From: Phoronis australis
Taxonomy: Eukaryota; Animalia; Phoronida
Direction: 5' to 3'
Assembly (NCBI GenBank): GCA_002633005.1
Contig: NMRA01000036.1
Location: 919,656-983,655, forward strand
DNA length: 64,000 nucleotides
The position numbers were made by a program, and so were the translations under genes. Of the stretch, positions 36,801 to 49,081 are shown one piece after another; position 1 is the stretch's first letter; every line of letters starts with the position of its first letter. The notes under the pieces are model-generated. The model was not told the origin of the DNA. It saw only the letters and a list, made by a program, of their open reading frames with translations, and did no database searches.

Positions 36801-39800
36801 ACCCCTCTATCAACCAAACGGCACTAAGGATAATTGTGAAAATTGGCATATGAAGAGGATGGCTGACGATGATTTTCTCATGACTTCGAGTACTGTGGCA
36901 CCTCCTAGTTGCAGTTTTGTTTTTTTTTGCACCCATGGCTGTATCTTCTTAAAAGTTTGTAGGAACTTTACTAAATTTAACAAGTGTATTTATGTGATTT
37001 TGACAACGGATGACGGCTTTCGCACGGATCTGACCGCCAGTGTCTCCCGTTGTGGCAAAAAGGTCCTCAATGGAGTTTCATAAAATTTGGAGTATAAACA
37101 TGTATTGTTGCGGTTACGCTATCCTCCCATTTTCGGATGTATTCAAGTTATTGTGGGCCACCTAGTTGTCATTTTTACTGGGTTTTTTTTGCGTCCACCC
37201 CTCTATCAACCAAACCATTCTAAGGATGATTTTGAAAATTGGCGTGTACTCAGTGTGAAGAGGATGGTTACGCTAACAATTTTGGTTACTGTGACACTTC
37301 CTAGTGGTGGTTTTGTTTTGTTTTGCGGCCATAGCTGTATCTGCTAAACCTGCAGCAGGATCTTTATTAAACTTAGTAAGTGTATTTATATGAAGCTAAC
37401 AAGAGACCATGACTTTGAGGTGGACGCTGTGCCCTGTAGTGGCAATTTCATTTTTTCCGCTTTCCTTTGTTTCTCTAAAGTTCCTTGACAGATTTTTATG
37501 AAATTTGGTGAATAGCTTTCTATTAAAGATGCGATGGCATGATCCGTTTTCAGATGGATTGGACGTGTTGCGCCATCTAGTGGCCATTTTTACGATAGAA
37601 ATGAACAATTCTAGAAGCACATTGTTTGCGATGCATTCGTGGGTGCATTTCAACGCTATACGTTGCTCTTGTTATGCATTCACGATACCGTCATCTCTGT
37701 CTGGCTTCAGACATCTGCTGCTGTATCTCCAAAACCCCTTGGAGGATCTTCATGAAAGTTCTGTAGAAGAAGATGATGTGATGATGTGGGCTTTCTAATG
37801 GACCAGACTACCGTTGTAGTCCCTGGTGGCCATTTTTACGTTTGCCTTTGTATCTTTGGAGTTTATTGATACGTATTGGCACGTAGGTTTCTATTAAGGA
37901 GACTACGTTCATGACCTTATTTTCCCATGGGTTTGATATATTCTGCACCACCTATTGGACATTGTTATTGATTCCAGTCCCTTTGATGGTGTCCACATTT
38001 CATCTGGCAAACTGCTCAAGAGATCACTGTAACACTTTACAGATGTGTTCCTGCTGACAACAGTACAAGTGACATAGATTTTCTGAATGTTCCAACTACA
38101 GTGGTGCTCGATACAAGCCAAAACTACGTTCTAAAAGCAAATTTACTACAAATCCACAAATTACTATGGTTCAAAAGTCAGATTTTTTTCCAAGTCTAAA
38201 GTGTTGCCTAAAATTGCTTCAGATTTCTGAGTCACAACACTGCAATGCAACAGTAATACAGGGAGTCGTCATTTTGATGAAAAGTTAGTCTGCAGCCGAA
38301 TGAGTGTACTCTTCTGAACCACAGCATCTTTACAAGCACAAACAATCCAGACTCAATGAACCAGGTTGATCCTACTTGCAATGTTATACCTGAAAACTGC
38401 CACCAAACCTGAACTACCCCTGAAATTTGATTTCTAGGTTGCATGTGGCTACTATCTAACTGAGTGTACAGTGGCACTTGCTCACTAAAGATTATTCAAG
38501 CTTGATGGATATTTAGTGTCCTACTAGTAACTTCATACATTGGCGATATTGCTTGTGGTGTTCAAAATGACTTGAACTGGTCTGTCACTTTTTTCTTTGC
38601 CCAGAAATCAGTTCTAATCTGAGTATGGAACAAGTTGAGACCAGTTACATATCTAGTCTAAACTGGAAGTTAATTATTGACATATTTAGTGACATTAAAT
38701 GTCCTTCGTTAAATTTATGGCTTTCAGTATTACTCCATGACTATTAATCATCCTGGCAAAACTTTTGCCCGATAAATTTCCAGTCATTTCTTTGTTCTTA
38801 TCAGCCAAGACAGAAGCAAGTTGAGATAGAGCAGCTGCATTATGAAGTGGGTGCTCGAAGCCGACGGTACGAAGGTGAGGTTGCCAACTTGCGTCACCGT
38901 GTAACAGAACTGGAACTGGAACTAACAGAAACCAGAAGGGAGGCAGATGAGTATCATAAAGCAAATCTTGAACGAAACATGGAGGCTGTGGCACTTGGAA
39001 ATGAGGTAAAAGCAACTGACTTGGCTGCTTGGGTATGGCGAGGTCTGACACATGGCTGTTTTTTCTTAGTTTATGAGAGGCAAACTTAACAACAGGGCTT
39101 AGGGGGTCTAGACATGCACTACATGCTAGACTGTAGTTTTCTAACGAAATTTCCTAGAATAACGGGTAATGAAATGGAAATTTATCGAGGTAGCCCAACC
39201 ATTCCGTATTGAGAATTTATCCACCATCATAATCGTTACTTGTCATTTGTGCTGTTAACAGAATGTTTTTATCTGTGATTACTGAAACTGTTTTTGTTGG
39301 ATTATGTTTGTCTTGTATTGTATAGTCAGTAATACTCCATGTTCTTGGTGAAATATATATTGGACCATGCACAATTCCAGTATTAGCAATGGCAATAGCA
39401 GTTATATATCAGTCATTGGCAAAGGTGATGTTATTATAACTCAACGAAACAGTTTGCTTCTGACACAATAATTGTAAATTGGGCCAACCAAGTTTTTTGT
39501 TAGTGTTCTCATTTTGCCAAAGAGTTGTGTCTAGATTATTACCTATTAATATGCTGGTCTGCAGAACAGGTGACTGAGTGTGTAAAAAAACGAGATGAAG
39601 CTATTTTTATTTTATTTTTCCTATCATGAAAATAGTGTGTTAGTCTCTATTGTCCTTGTGGCCTGTTGAGTAATCCTACAATTTCATGTTGCTTGACTTC
39701 TCTAAACAATTAAGGAACATTTATTGGTTTTACAGTTAAGAAATGTTGGGATTATTGGTGGATAAGATAGAATTCTTGGAGTTATTAGCAAAACATCAAA

Positions 39801-42800
39801 ATCCATAGTGTTTTTTGATTTTGTTACAAATCACAAATTCTTGTTGTGTTCTGCAGTCACACATTTGCTTGAATCCAAATCAGTGAATTTACGAGTGAAA
39901 TGGGTTTCAGATACCCTCCACCATTGATCAAGTGTTGTTTAGCTTCAACAGCAGAGCATTAGACTGCGACTGCAGAATCGATTCAGGTTTGTTTCCATGT
40001 TGAGGCTGATTTCAAAAACATCATTTTTCTTGCTGATAATATCCCTTTGAGAATCTTCTTTTGTGTACTAATTGCTTCTTAATGTCTGTTTCAGCTTTCC
40101 AATCTGAAAGTAGACATGGCCCGTAAAAATCCAAGTGTCAACTATGGTGCACAGGTGATCAATCTTGTTATCCCTGTTTTTAAGCATTTACGTATTTTAT
40201 GTGGTTGCATTATGCCATCATCCCTTTCCGGCATCCGGCTTCCACTGTTGTACCTTGAGTTCCTAAATTCCTACTAGTTGAATATTTGTGAAAGTTTGTT
40301 GACATGGTCCTATCATGGGTGGGATGACACGAGTCAATTTGTCAGACCCCTAAGTGAAATTTCAATTATTTAAGTTTGCCTGTGTGTATCTTCAGATTTC
40401 CTCGGTGGGTTTTACATTTGACTAATAGATAAACGTTTTCAGATGTTTTCAATGTTTTCTGTCTTTATTTTCTCTGTTTTCATCTCCCTCTCTATCAGTC
40501 AAACTACTCTTAGGATGAATATGAAAATAGTTACATGTTGTCTTCCTGTAAAGAGGACGGCTGACAATGACTTTCACACAGCTCCAGTTACGACTTAGTG
40601 ACTCCTGATGGCAGTTTTGTTTTGTGTGTCCATGGATGTATTTCGTGTAGGTCTTGCTGAAACTTCGTTAAATATTGCATGACTATATTTCTATGCAGAT
40701 GACAATGGATGGTGACGACTTTAGGCGTATTCAGCCACGACTGTGCCCCCTAGTGACAGTTTTGTTTTGTCGCATTTACTTCGTATCTTAGGAGTTCCTT
40801 GATGGATTTTCAGGAGATTTGACCAAAAGGCTTCTATTGAGAAGACAAGGACACCTTCCCATTTTCGTTTAGATCCAACATATTATGCACCACTTTGTGA
40901 CCATTTTTATACTTTTGGGGCTCGAAACCTGGAGTTTTTGCTAACAGTGTAGACGTTTAAGTTCACTGAGCCATCGAAACCATTGATCGATTACAGAAAT
41001 CCGGTCAGACTTATAGGAGCAGAAAGTTCCGGGTTGAAGTCCTGGTCAGGACTGAGGTCTTTTCAGACTTAACTGTATGTCATGTGATGTGACCAAAATA
41101 TGGCGTGTACGAAGACTAATAATTCTTACTTATACCATATCAACGTACTGATTTATAACAGCACAAAAGACCATTATGAAAATTGGTTGATATGTTCCTA
41201 CTGGGAGGAGCACAGGTGACAATGATTTTCAGATGGTTCCGACTGGTGGCAGTTTTGTTTTTTCTCGTCTTCAGCTGTATCTCTTGTTTTAGAATTTCTG
41301 GGAACGTGGCAAGGGATTACAATGACTTTCTTATTGTTCCGGTTGTTGTTGTACCCTCTAGTTGCAGTTTTATTTAAAATTGTTCACGTTTTCTTCCATA
41401 TCTTCTCAGCTCCGAGACGGATTTTCATGAAACGTAGCAAATACGTTTTAGTTAGAGATGATGACACCTTCCCTTGTTTGGATGGATTTGATGTATTGTA
41501 GGCCATCTAGTGGCCATTTTTATTATTTTTGAGTTTAATTTTTGGCATCTGTCTCTCTCTTGGCCAAATCGCTCAAAGGATCATTATGAAAGTTGGCTTA
41601 ATATGTTTCTACTTGGAAGTGCTAGGCTGATGACAATTTTTATACAGGTCCAGCTACTGCAACGCCCTCTAGTGTCAACTTAGTTCTTGTGTGAAGCTCA
41701 GTACGTAATTTATTGATGGATCTTCATGAAATTTGGTGTGTGTTTCTATTGAGGAGAGTACAGCTGGCGTGAATTTTGGGACAAATCTGACTACAGCATG
41801 GAGGGACAAAAGTTTGGTTAAGTCAAATTTGTTTATGCCCTCCCCCAGTATTACCTACTTTCCTATAGGCTTGCATCATAAGTATGATATTTTTTATTGT
41901 GCCACTAAAGCATTTGATTAATGTGTTACTTGTGGTAATTTGCACATCTGAACTGCGACCGTTGCAATCTATTGTAATACTTTTTAGGAACTGGTTATAC
42001 AACAACTTCAAGATGAACTTTCCAGGCTAAGAAAAATGGTTGGAAGTAATGTGCCTTTCGACCCAAGTTTGTTGACCCTTGACCCAGTGGTTGGGGATAA
42101 GAGCACAGCGTCTTCAGTCACTCAATTGAAACAGAAGCTACGACTGGCTGCCAACCACATCAGGCAACTGGCAAAGGAAAAACAGCAGTTGATTCTAGTG
42201 GGTAATAAACTCAGGGCAGAGCTGACTAAAGCTGGTATGTGAGATTTTGAACTTCGTTNNNNNNNNNNNNNNNNNNNNNNNNNNNNNNNNNNNNNNNNNN
42301 NNNNNNNNNNNNNNNNNNNNNNNNNNNNNNTTTAAGCAACTGGTGTATAGGATGTGCTTGTATTATGAAGATTACTCACATTTTGCCCCTAGCCTATTGA
42401 GGAGACAATGACCATGCCTTTCCATTTTGCTAAGTACAACATACTACATATATGCTCTCTACTGGCCACTTTGTGGTACCAATAAACAACCCTAGAAGGA
42501 TACCGTATGCGGTGCAATTGTGGGCGCATTTCAACGCTCTGCGTTGCTCTTGTTTCAATTATGTGGCAAATTTTTATGAATCAAAAACCAGGCCCTTGCC
42601 TACTACTGACAGTTCAAACATGTCTCCCACTGTTTACATTTTTTAAAAATTCATATTTAAAGCAAAAAATCCACTGAAATGTCAGTCACACGGTTATGGA
42701 AGATTGTATAACAACAGGCGTGAATTAGACATTTCAGTCGTTGAGGACTCAAAAATTTTGTACTTTTGTGGGTTGAAATGGACAGTCGTAAAATTATTTA

Positions 42801-45800
42801 ATGAAATATGAAGGCCATTGTCAATTACACTTTTCTTAATTATTTTGTTTTTGTTTTGTATTACTTTTGAGTTTTTATTAAAAATCAAAGTTGTCCTATT
42901 TTGTGGTGATAGCCTGTTATGCAAAAAAGGAACATTTTAAAGCAATTCCAAAAGGCATTACATAAAGCATATTCAAAAGTATCACATTAATCCAATCAAC
43001 TGTTTCTCTTGTTTTGAAGGTAGTCAAGCTACATAACCTTAATTGATGTTTAAGTTTTTCGTCATAAATTTTTTTGAGAAAACAAGTTTCCTCAAATAAG
43101 TTGAATAACGCTTGTTTTAGGTTTTCTGCAAGTTCATTTTAGTAAGGGTTTGCACTCAGATAGCTCTCCGAACTATTAGCAATTTTTCATTTATTTTGCA
43201 CAAAAATAATTGCCAAAATTTTCATTTTTTCATTTTTAAAGGCTGATTACCTTGCTGCAAATAATAGAAATTTTATGAAATGTTAATGCTTGTGGGTTTG
43301 TCTAGCAACTAGTAAACATTTTCAACCTTCTTGTTCAAAGGTCTTTGTCTAACTGATGTAAATCTTGTAGTCTGGTGTGTGAGATCAGTTGTATCTGTGT
43401 TGCGAAGGACACCCTCTGCGCAGCTACAGGGAATTAAGGGTGCATATGGTCCAGATCGTATTGATCACAGTCCGTATGCATATCAATTGATTATTTTGGT
43501 CAGTGATTACAGATTTGTAGAAAATGGTTTCAAAATCATGACATTTGCATAAAAAGTAATTCTCTGAAGTCTGCCTATGAGCGGAACCAAACATACAACC
43601 CCTTCTGTCGCAGTTTAACACTCTGCTGGCAGAGCTAAATCCCACTTGATAAATGGCGCAGTTTTAGTTTAGTTTCCTTATTGAAATATATTTTATTTGT
43701 ATATAAAATCACGCGCCTTGATTTCGATGAATGTCTGGCAACTATCTCATTCAAGTCCATTACCTAAATGAATGGTTTAATGATTACTTAACTCTCAAGT
43801 CATTTTTATAATTTCAATGTAATCTTACGTAAATTCTAGAATTTAAACTCATAGCAATTGTAATTCATGGTCATCTCAAAATTGGTTTAAAACGTGACTC
43901 TGTGTTTGCTTCTTTAATGGACACTCTTTCAAATTCCAACCTAATAGGCACCAATGAACAAAAACTACATGCCCTCAAATGCACCACTACCGTCAGCTCT
44001 TAATGGAGCACAGAAGTCTTCACACTTAGTTCAATCACCCAATTGCTGTGCTTATCATGAAATTTGAAAACGCCTTCTTTGTAGGTATCTCTTTACCCTC
44101 TCAAACCAGCTCAAGCATACCACCTCCCTACATCATACAATCTAACCAGCCACCGGGTAAGGTGGTCAGTCCTCTGGCACAGAAGGTACAGAATAAACTG
44201 AATCAGCTTGAAAAACTGCAGTACGCGTTGACAAAACAGGTATGAAGGAATCGTCTATGGCAGGTAGACTCATGTTTGTCTCATTAAGGAAATCTCAATG
44301 TAGGGCCTACTATCTAATTACTCTTTGCTTACAACCATAGAGTACCATGATTGTTTTGTACAATTTTCATCCTCATAATTGTTCTTTTGGATTAACTTTG
44401 AGGCATTTAAGGTTTAGTGTAGCGAGTTGAAATTCTACACACATATTATAAAGCCTGAAAGGTAAAAATGAATTTCATTTGATTTAGCTGGTGATAATCA
44501 AGGCAGAACGTCACATTTTGAAATTCATTCGTGGTTGGCTAATTGAATGTTCTACGTCAAATGTCTTGTTTATCTCTTACCAGATAGTATTGCAGTTATC
44601 ATTCATATTTGAAGTACATAAGCCCATGAATCAAACATGTTCAAAGATGTCCCGCATGGATAACACATTTGGGCAGCATTGAATTTAACCCTTTAGGGTG
44701 GTTGTGCTTGTTAAACACAGCCACATTAGAAAAATCCTCCTGTCTTATCTCTTCCATGTAGAGTACTCGCCAAAAGTATTGTGACAAAATGACCCAGAAT
44801 TCTCTGTCGTGATGTCTGTTTGTACAAATCTTTTGCATAAAAGCTACAAGATTGTGTGAATTGGGCTGAGTTTCTAAGGTTTACATTTAATTGCCATAAT
44901 TTAGGAGGCAGTGTGGCCTTGTAGGATAAGTGTCTGTCTCCTGTACACAGAATTGTGAGTTGGGGTCCCACTGGGGGACACTGCAAGATCCTTTAGTCAG
45001 GTCTTTAGTTCCTCTGCTCGGTTTTAACTAAATATTAATAAAGCATAAAAATAGTTCCAAGTGATCAGTGCAATGGGTCCACCTAAGCAGCCTGCGCAGG
45101 TTTGGTACAATGTGTACAGACCACCTGCAATTACTTTTTTATAATAACTCCTCATTTACGTCAGCCAAAAATATTAGTTTTGCATGAAATGACTGCCTTG
45201 AAATACTTCCACTCCGTGTTGGCTCACATTTTTGGGTGATTCAAGTTTGCTTCTTAGTCAACTGAGTACGCGCAGTATATGGGAAACATCGGTCAGCTTC
45301 AAAATAGCATTTGACCTCGTGACCGGTCATGCAGATCATTCGTTTTACTTTGCCTTCACAGGTATAAAACGAAGCTGGGATTTGGCTTTTAAACATCGAA
45401 AAATGAATTTGTTGTTGTGTAGAATAAGAGTCTGCGACTGAAGAACACGGACATTTTAAATGCAATACAGAATACGCTAAAAGAATGCGATGTCGTTGCC
45501 GACTACTGCAAACATATACACTGTGACTCGAAATTGATCCAAATTCCACATTTGAAAGCACACCTTACAGTTTGAAAATCAATTTGGTGAAGTAAGTTAT
45601 GGGTAGACGTTAGCCTGATACGTGAGCACTTATAATGAAAATTCAATTCTCAAAAGTTGAGTGGGCGCTTAGCCAGAGAAGGCTTATTCCGAAAAAAAAG
45701 TAGGACATAGACACTTGCGTGAGCATGGTCATTAACCCGACTGTTTGTGGTAATAAGAAATTGAAAGATTGGAGTAGTATGAAATATTATCAATTTAAAA

Positions 45801-48800
45801 AGTACAACGAACTCCACCTAGGTGTGACTGTTGATGGATATCATTACTATCTACCATTAGCTACCCTGAGTGTGACAATAACCATGACCACTCCAGGTGT
45901 GATCATTACTGAAAACAATGTTTTGGCTAAATTGTCAAGGCTACAGATTTGTGCAGATATTTTGATCACTTCCAAACGGAACATTGTTTTGTTGTGCTTT
46001 AACGTTAGTTGTTTCCTGTTTCACACACTGTGTGATTTGTGTACACTACTTTTCCAAGTAGTATCCAGATTTTGGTGACTTTACACGTTCATTCTTATTG
46101 TCACAGGACTCTGTTTCCATTACCAACAAGAACATCAAAACTGTGAGCAACACAAGAACATGATTCAGAGTTTATTGGGGTTTGCCAACACTTAAATTAC
46201 AAATTTGAAAATGCCACATCTACTAATTGCCTGTGATTTTAGTTGCTGGCTTATTCAGCAATAATTTGAGATTGGATTATCAATTCTTTAAGCTTTGTCA
46301 TCACTATAGGATGTAATTTTATTGTACTAAAATATTCGTTGTGCACTTTCTTAACATTAGGAGCTTAAGTTTGCCAATCAAGGGGTGAAGGAGAAAGCGT
46401 TCAAGGACATCCAAGTGGAATCCAGCTCCTCAGGGACTGATCCTGTACAAACCCGCCCGAGGGTACCACAGAAACAGTTGTCCCAATCAGCTGCAGCATC
46501 AAGATACACAGGTAACACAAATCAAGGTGCGTCAGACAAAGAACGATGATTTTTATGTGCTCACATATACACTGTAATATAGTTGGGGTTGCGTTTTGCC
46601 ATCCTCTGTCTGGAATCAGTTCATTTGTGTTTGTGGTTGTATCTCCTAAGCCCCGTGCAGGATCTTTCTAAAGTCTGGCAAGTGTATTGTTACGAGTGTG
46701 ACAATGGATGATGATGACTTTCGAATAAATCTGTGCAGCCTAGTAGCAATTTCATTTTTTGCATTTGCCTTAAGTTTGTATCTTAAAAGTTACTGAATAG
46801 ATTTTTAATGAGATTTGGCTAATTGCAGGAAAACATTACCAGGAAGGAAAACCATTTAGACATATTGTAGGATTTTTTAATTTGGTTCAAAACAAAATGT
46901 TCAAGTTCCTAGCAAGTCTAAACATTCGGAAATTTTAACCTATGAAATGACGCTGATTTGGTCTCTGAACATTGCAAATTAGTGGCACTAAGAATATGAC
47001 ATGATTTACACCAACTAAAGACAACCTTTCCCAGGCGAAATCACCGGCATAAGCTTTGTGACTTTGTCAAATAAAGTTCTTTTCATCAAATTCATTAACA
47101 TGACCTCATTGAGTACTTTGTACAACTGTGACGAAAAATTATGTTTTTTTTTTCAAGAACTACCATCTTTTGAGTGGAGTTGAGGTATTCATAGTTACCT
47201 TAAAAATATTTCTTTAGACCCTTAAGTTGACACTAGTTTCTGAACTGCGGGTAACTTTTTCAACATGCAAATGGAAGTGTGTTTGATTTCAATCCCATCA
47301 TTTTGGATAGCATATAGTGAAGTAAAGCAAAAAACTGATACACTGATAATTTTAAACATAATCCAATTCAGTGGCACACATTTCTTTCACAGCTGAGTGC
47401 CAAGTAGTTGTTTTTGTTTCAAAAACATGCTATTTGTTGCATGGCAAATTATAAAGTTTTCCTATCAAAAAATCCATATCAAAACTAAAAATTCCCTTCT
47501 TTTTTGTTGGTGAAAATTTACATTTAGTGTAGATATCTGTGGATGGAAAAAAATAAATCATCACACTCATCAACTGTCTTTTAAATAATTGCTGCAGCAT
47601 TGTTTTATGAATTTCTTGCTCCTGCATTAATTCAGAAACAATAGTTCAAGCCGTCAAATAAACCAATGTCACAATCACCCTTAGTTGATGCGTAACAACT
47701 GACACAATGGAATGATTGGGCGCAAGTATTTGATGTGTAAACACGACTGACATGGAACAAATTTATACCTCGGTGACAACTTTAATTTGTAACCTGTAAA
47801 TTGCGCCAGATTGTCTCATTCCTTGTCAACTTTACATCTAAACGAAAACCTGTAGCTAAGCAGATGGGATAATCTCAAACTGATATGGTGCAAACTTATA
47901 CCGCAGTGACGACTTATGCCACCTGTTTATGAGGCAACGAAAATTGCGCCCGATTGTCTCATTTCTTGTGAACTTTACATCTAAACACAAACCTGTGGCA
48001 AGGCAGAAAGGATAATCTCAGTGATGTTTGTGCAGTCACCTTCTTACGGGTATTTTTGCGCCCTATTTACAAACAATTGTCACTCGTTTTGATACTGAGT
48101 TAATTGCGATCATTGTGTTGATGTTTCCAGGTCACCATGATGCTGTAAACTGAATCCATCATTGACATTTAAATGCAAAAACAGAAAAAGTTGTCACGCA
48201 TTGCAACTGCTACCCCCCCCCTGTGTTGAGTAGTCCAAGGATTTGTTTCATGAAAAGTGATTCAAGAGTTAAGACTGAAATTTGGTGTTACGCTACCACT
48301 TCCCAGTTGTCAAATGAAGGTTTAGTCTCATGTAATTAAATGTTAGCTCATCATGCCTGTAGTTAGTTTGTACAAATTTTATCAATAATTAACAATTAAG
48401 GGTATATTCTCAGATAGTTCATTCTTTTGCTAAAATTCAAACTGAAGAATTTTTCAAAAACAGTTACATGGATCGTAAGACCAAATTTCTGTCGAAAGTC
48501 TTTAAACTCACTTCAAAAAGACGCCAGGTCTTCCCTCTTGGCAGATTCGGATTGTGTACCTAATATAATCTCACAATTGAATGCTTATCTGACTGATCTT
48601 ATGTCACTTTTGAATGGGGGAGCCCCTAATCATGAGTCAACATCTTTTCACATTCATAATTTCATCGGTTCCCTCTTTCCATTCACCAGTTCCTGAACGA
48701 CCAGAGATGGGCTACAGACAAAAACCTCTCAGAGCAGAAAGTGACAGCAGGCATGACACAGTATCGACATCCCAAGATCAACCACTGATGACTAGCATGT

Positions 48801-48884
48801 CTTCAATGGGAGGGGAGTCTCTCCAGGAGGTCTGGAAGATTCTGGACAACCCCCAGAGTCCATCCATGTTTTCCCAAACTCAGG
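15772..48884 (+). CDS. CCDC57: Coiled-coil domain-containing protein 57 (centrosomal), gene span of 19 coding exons; terminal exon unresolved
   Basis: Nineteen GT-AG exons join with matching phases into 2953 nt of open frame. Motifs match vertebrate CCDC57 as I recall it: KEKEWR, DFKYNLKLVHERDAELEKYD, EMKVKLLSKELE, LDIDWQRRYED, QNDNLRTVIRQMREDME, SLQEVWKILD. Confidence 0.92.
17099..17253 (+). CDS. CCDC57: CCDC57 coding exon 2
   Basis: ttacag|G; VEHLEVALKQKDKELQEERSRLEQLKADFKYNLKLVHERDAELEKYDSVFG; G|gtaag. Confidence 0.92.
18831..18999 (+). CDS. CCDC57: CCDC57 coding exon 3
   Basis: tttcttttag|; LKTAINDKNTELSEL...QVEFDKYR; TG|gtgag. Confidence 0.92.
19660..19974. mobile_element. GC-rich MITE with 5-bp TSD (CTTAG), hAT5-like
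   Basis: CTTAG|CAGTGGCGTATCC ... AAATCCGCCACTG|CTTAG. Confidence 0.75.
22213..22334 (+). CDS. CCDC57: CCDC57 coding exon 4
   Basis: ttgttag|; EKDQEVKVERDQLELYKRNLECQLRELEEEFEVQKREMNT; G|gtgag. Confidence 0.92.
22494..24036 (+). mobile_element. Full-length Helentron-associated non-autonomous element (HINE/DINE-1-like), young copy
   Basis: T-run; 5' palindrome ATGCGCCCACATAT-TT-ATATGTGGACGCAT; CCGT/GGCGT microsatellite; tandem array; 3' subTIR TGTGGGCGCAT; stem-loop CAACGC-CCT-GCGTTG; CTCTTG end; no TSD. Confidence 0.82.
25163..25251 (+). CDS. CCDC57: CCDC57 coding exon 5
   Basis: ctttctag|; FESAIKKQEQAHKLLVDKLNATVQAHEMK|gtaat. Confidence 0.9.
25791..25948 (+). CDS. CCDC57: CCDC57 coding exon 6
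   Basis: gtgtcag|VKLLSKELEQLK...RWQLEDTKAMNGA; AG|gtggga. Confidence 0.9.
26187..26261 (+). CDS. CCDC57: CCDC57 coding exon 7
   Basis: cttgcag|; ISELETVAQQTEMLMKRQREEFQR; AA|gtaagt. Confidence 0.9.
27493..27693 (+). CDS. CCDC57: CCDC57 coding exon 8
   Basis: ttttag|; YAEMDRQSREH...WSHSDAIKEKDVVIE; AA|gtttgt (weak donor, but the phase fits exon 9). Confidence 0.87.
27770..28260 (+). mobile_element. LINE (CR1/L2-group) 3' fragment, RT C-terminal region
   Basis: YLGVTISNNLTWNSHIN...KTLSFLR, AYAALICSKLEYCPAVWS, KIEVVQRQAARF, with stops. Confidence 0.8.
28840..28998 (+). CDS. CCDC57: CCDC57 coding exon 9
   Basis: atttag|; LQDELNKVKEKWSTHVAETSRNTVERDLEMQSL...KQDIV; AG|gtggta. Confidence 0.9.
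29935..30097 (+). CDS. CCDC57: CCDC57 coding exon 10
   Basis: ctgtttcag|; YKKDLKDSIEREAALERSKAQLDIDWQRRYED...TAHNH|gtaggt. Confidence 0.92.
30190..31210 (-). mobile_element. Penelope-like retroelement fragment (decayed RT and GIY-YIG endonuclease)
   Basis: LVHLKDKR...VVYKILCSSYDRTYIGKT...RLKEHQK, SAITDH, PYIKGDSEALSRVYRK, YPKWAL; HGTA..S-like RT remnant near 31050. Confidence 0.85.
32019..32153 (+). CDS. CCDC57: CCDC57 coding exon 11
   Basis: ttacctag|ALAEVKELKRVISEKEKLIKTLHKDRDKAFATLRQYNITIDHTAE|gtaag. Confidence 0.9.
32461..32885. repeat. Long foldback inverted repeat (arms of about 200 bp, 33-nt spacer)
   Basis: Perfect 30-bp core at 32632-32661 and 32695-32724; degenerate complementarity continues outward. 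Confidence 0.85.
33800..33944 (+). CDS. CCDC57: CCDC57 coding exon 12
   Basis: cttcag|EEGTTDNLQVADLKRQNDNLRTVIRQMREDMEQLG...DT; G|gtagta. Confidence 0.9.
35837..36120 (+). CDS. CCDC57: CCDC57 coding exon 13
   Basis: ttttcccttag|; YSNQLEAEVSRTKAKNRELQ...NDQLSKQ|gtgaat. Confidence 0.9.
36424..37671 (+). mobile_element. Full-length HINE/DINE-1-like element
   Basis: Same 5' palindrome, CTAGTGGC subunit array and 3' GTGGGTGCATTTCAACGCTATACGTTGCTCTTG. Confidence 0.8.
38805..39005 (+). CDS. CCDC57: CCDC57 coding exon 14
   Basis: ttcttatcag|PRQKQVEIEQLHYEVGARSRRYEGEVANLRHRVTELELEL...VALGNE|gtaaaa. Confidence 0.9.
40095..40154 (+). CDS. CCDC57: CCDC57 coding exon 15
   Basis: ctgtttcag|LSNLKVDMARKNPSVNYGAQ|gtgatc; phase 0 at both ends. 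Confidence 0.82.
41988..42234 (+). CDS. CCDC57: CCDC57 coding exon 16
   Basis: tttttag|ELVIQQLQDELSRLRK...LKQKLRLAANHIRQLAKEKQQLILVGNKLRAELTKA; G|gtatgt. Confidence 0.9.
42259..42330. other. Assembly gap (72 N), probably a collapsed young HINE copy
   Basis: N run directly followed by the HINE 3' region. Confidence 0.9.
42331..42552 (+). mobile_element. 3' end of a young HINE copy
   Basis: Near-identical to 23814-24036. Confidence 0.85.
44085..44239 (+). CDS. CCDC57: CCDC57 coding exon 17
   Basis: ctttgtag|; ISLPSQTSSS...KLNQLEKLQYALTKQ|gtatga. Confidence 0.88.
44904..45140 (+). mobile_element. tRNA-derived SINE
   Basis: A-box-like GTGGCCTTGTAGG; 3' part AAAGCATAAAAAT..ATCAGTGCAATGGGTCCAC..AGCAGCCTGCGCA..CCTGCAATTA shared with 52049-52250. 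Confidence 0.65.
46361..46511 (+). CDS. CCDC57: CCDC57 coding exon 18 (alternative in-frame donor after 46526)
   Basis: aacattag|ELKFANQGVKEKAFKDIQVESSSSGTD...SRYT; G|gtaaca or G|gtgcgt. Confidence 0.83.
47684..48208. mobile_element. MITE-like element with internal duplication of about 140 bp
   Basis: Termini GTTGATGCGTAACAACT and AGTTGTCACGCATTGCAAC; AAATTGCGCC.GATTGTCTCATT..TTGT.AACTTTACATCTAAAC occurs twice. Confidence 0.5.
48690..48884 (+). CDS. CCDC57: CCDC57 coding exon 19
   Basis: ttcaccag|; PERPEMGY...SSMGGESLQEVWKILDNPQSPSMFSQTQ; G|gtaggt; resembles the CCDC57 C-terminal LQDMWRLLD motif as I recall it. Confidence 0.87.
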
Positions 48885-49081
48885 GTAGGTATTGCGAGGT
48901 GGGAAAATGCTTTCTGAACATGTTTGCTATTTTGTTGGAATGACTTTTGAAATAACCATTGTATGCATTGACACATTTAAACAAAGCTAAAGAAAGAAGT
49001 CCGTTAAAATTTAAGAAGTTTATTTAATGTTTAGTTTATTGGGAGAAACTGAGCATGTGCCTTTTTATGAGCCTACATATT

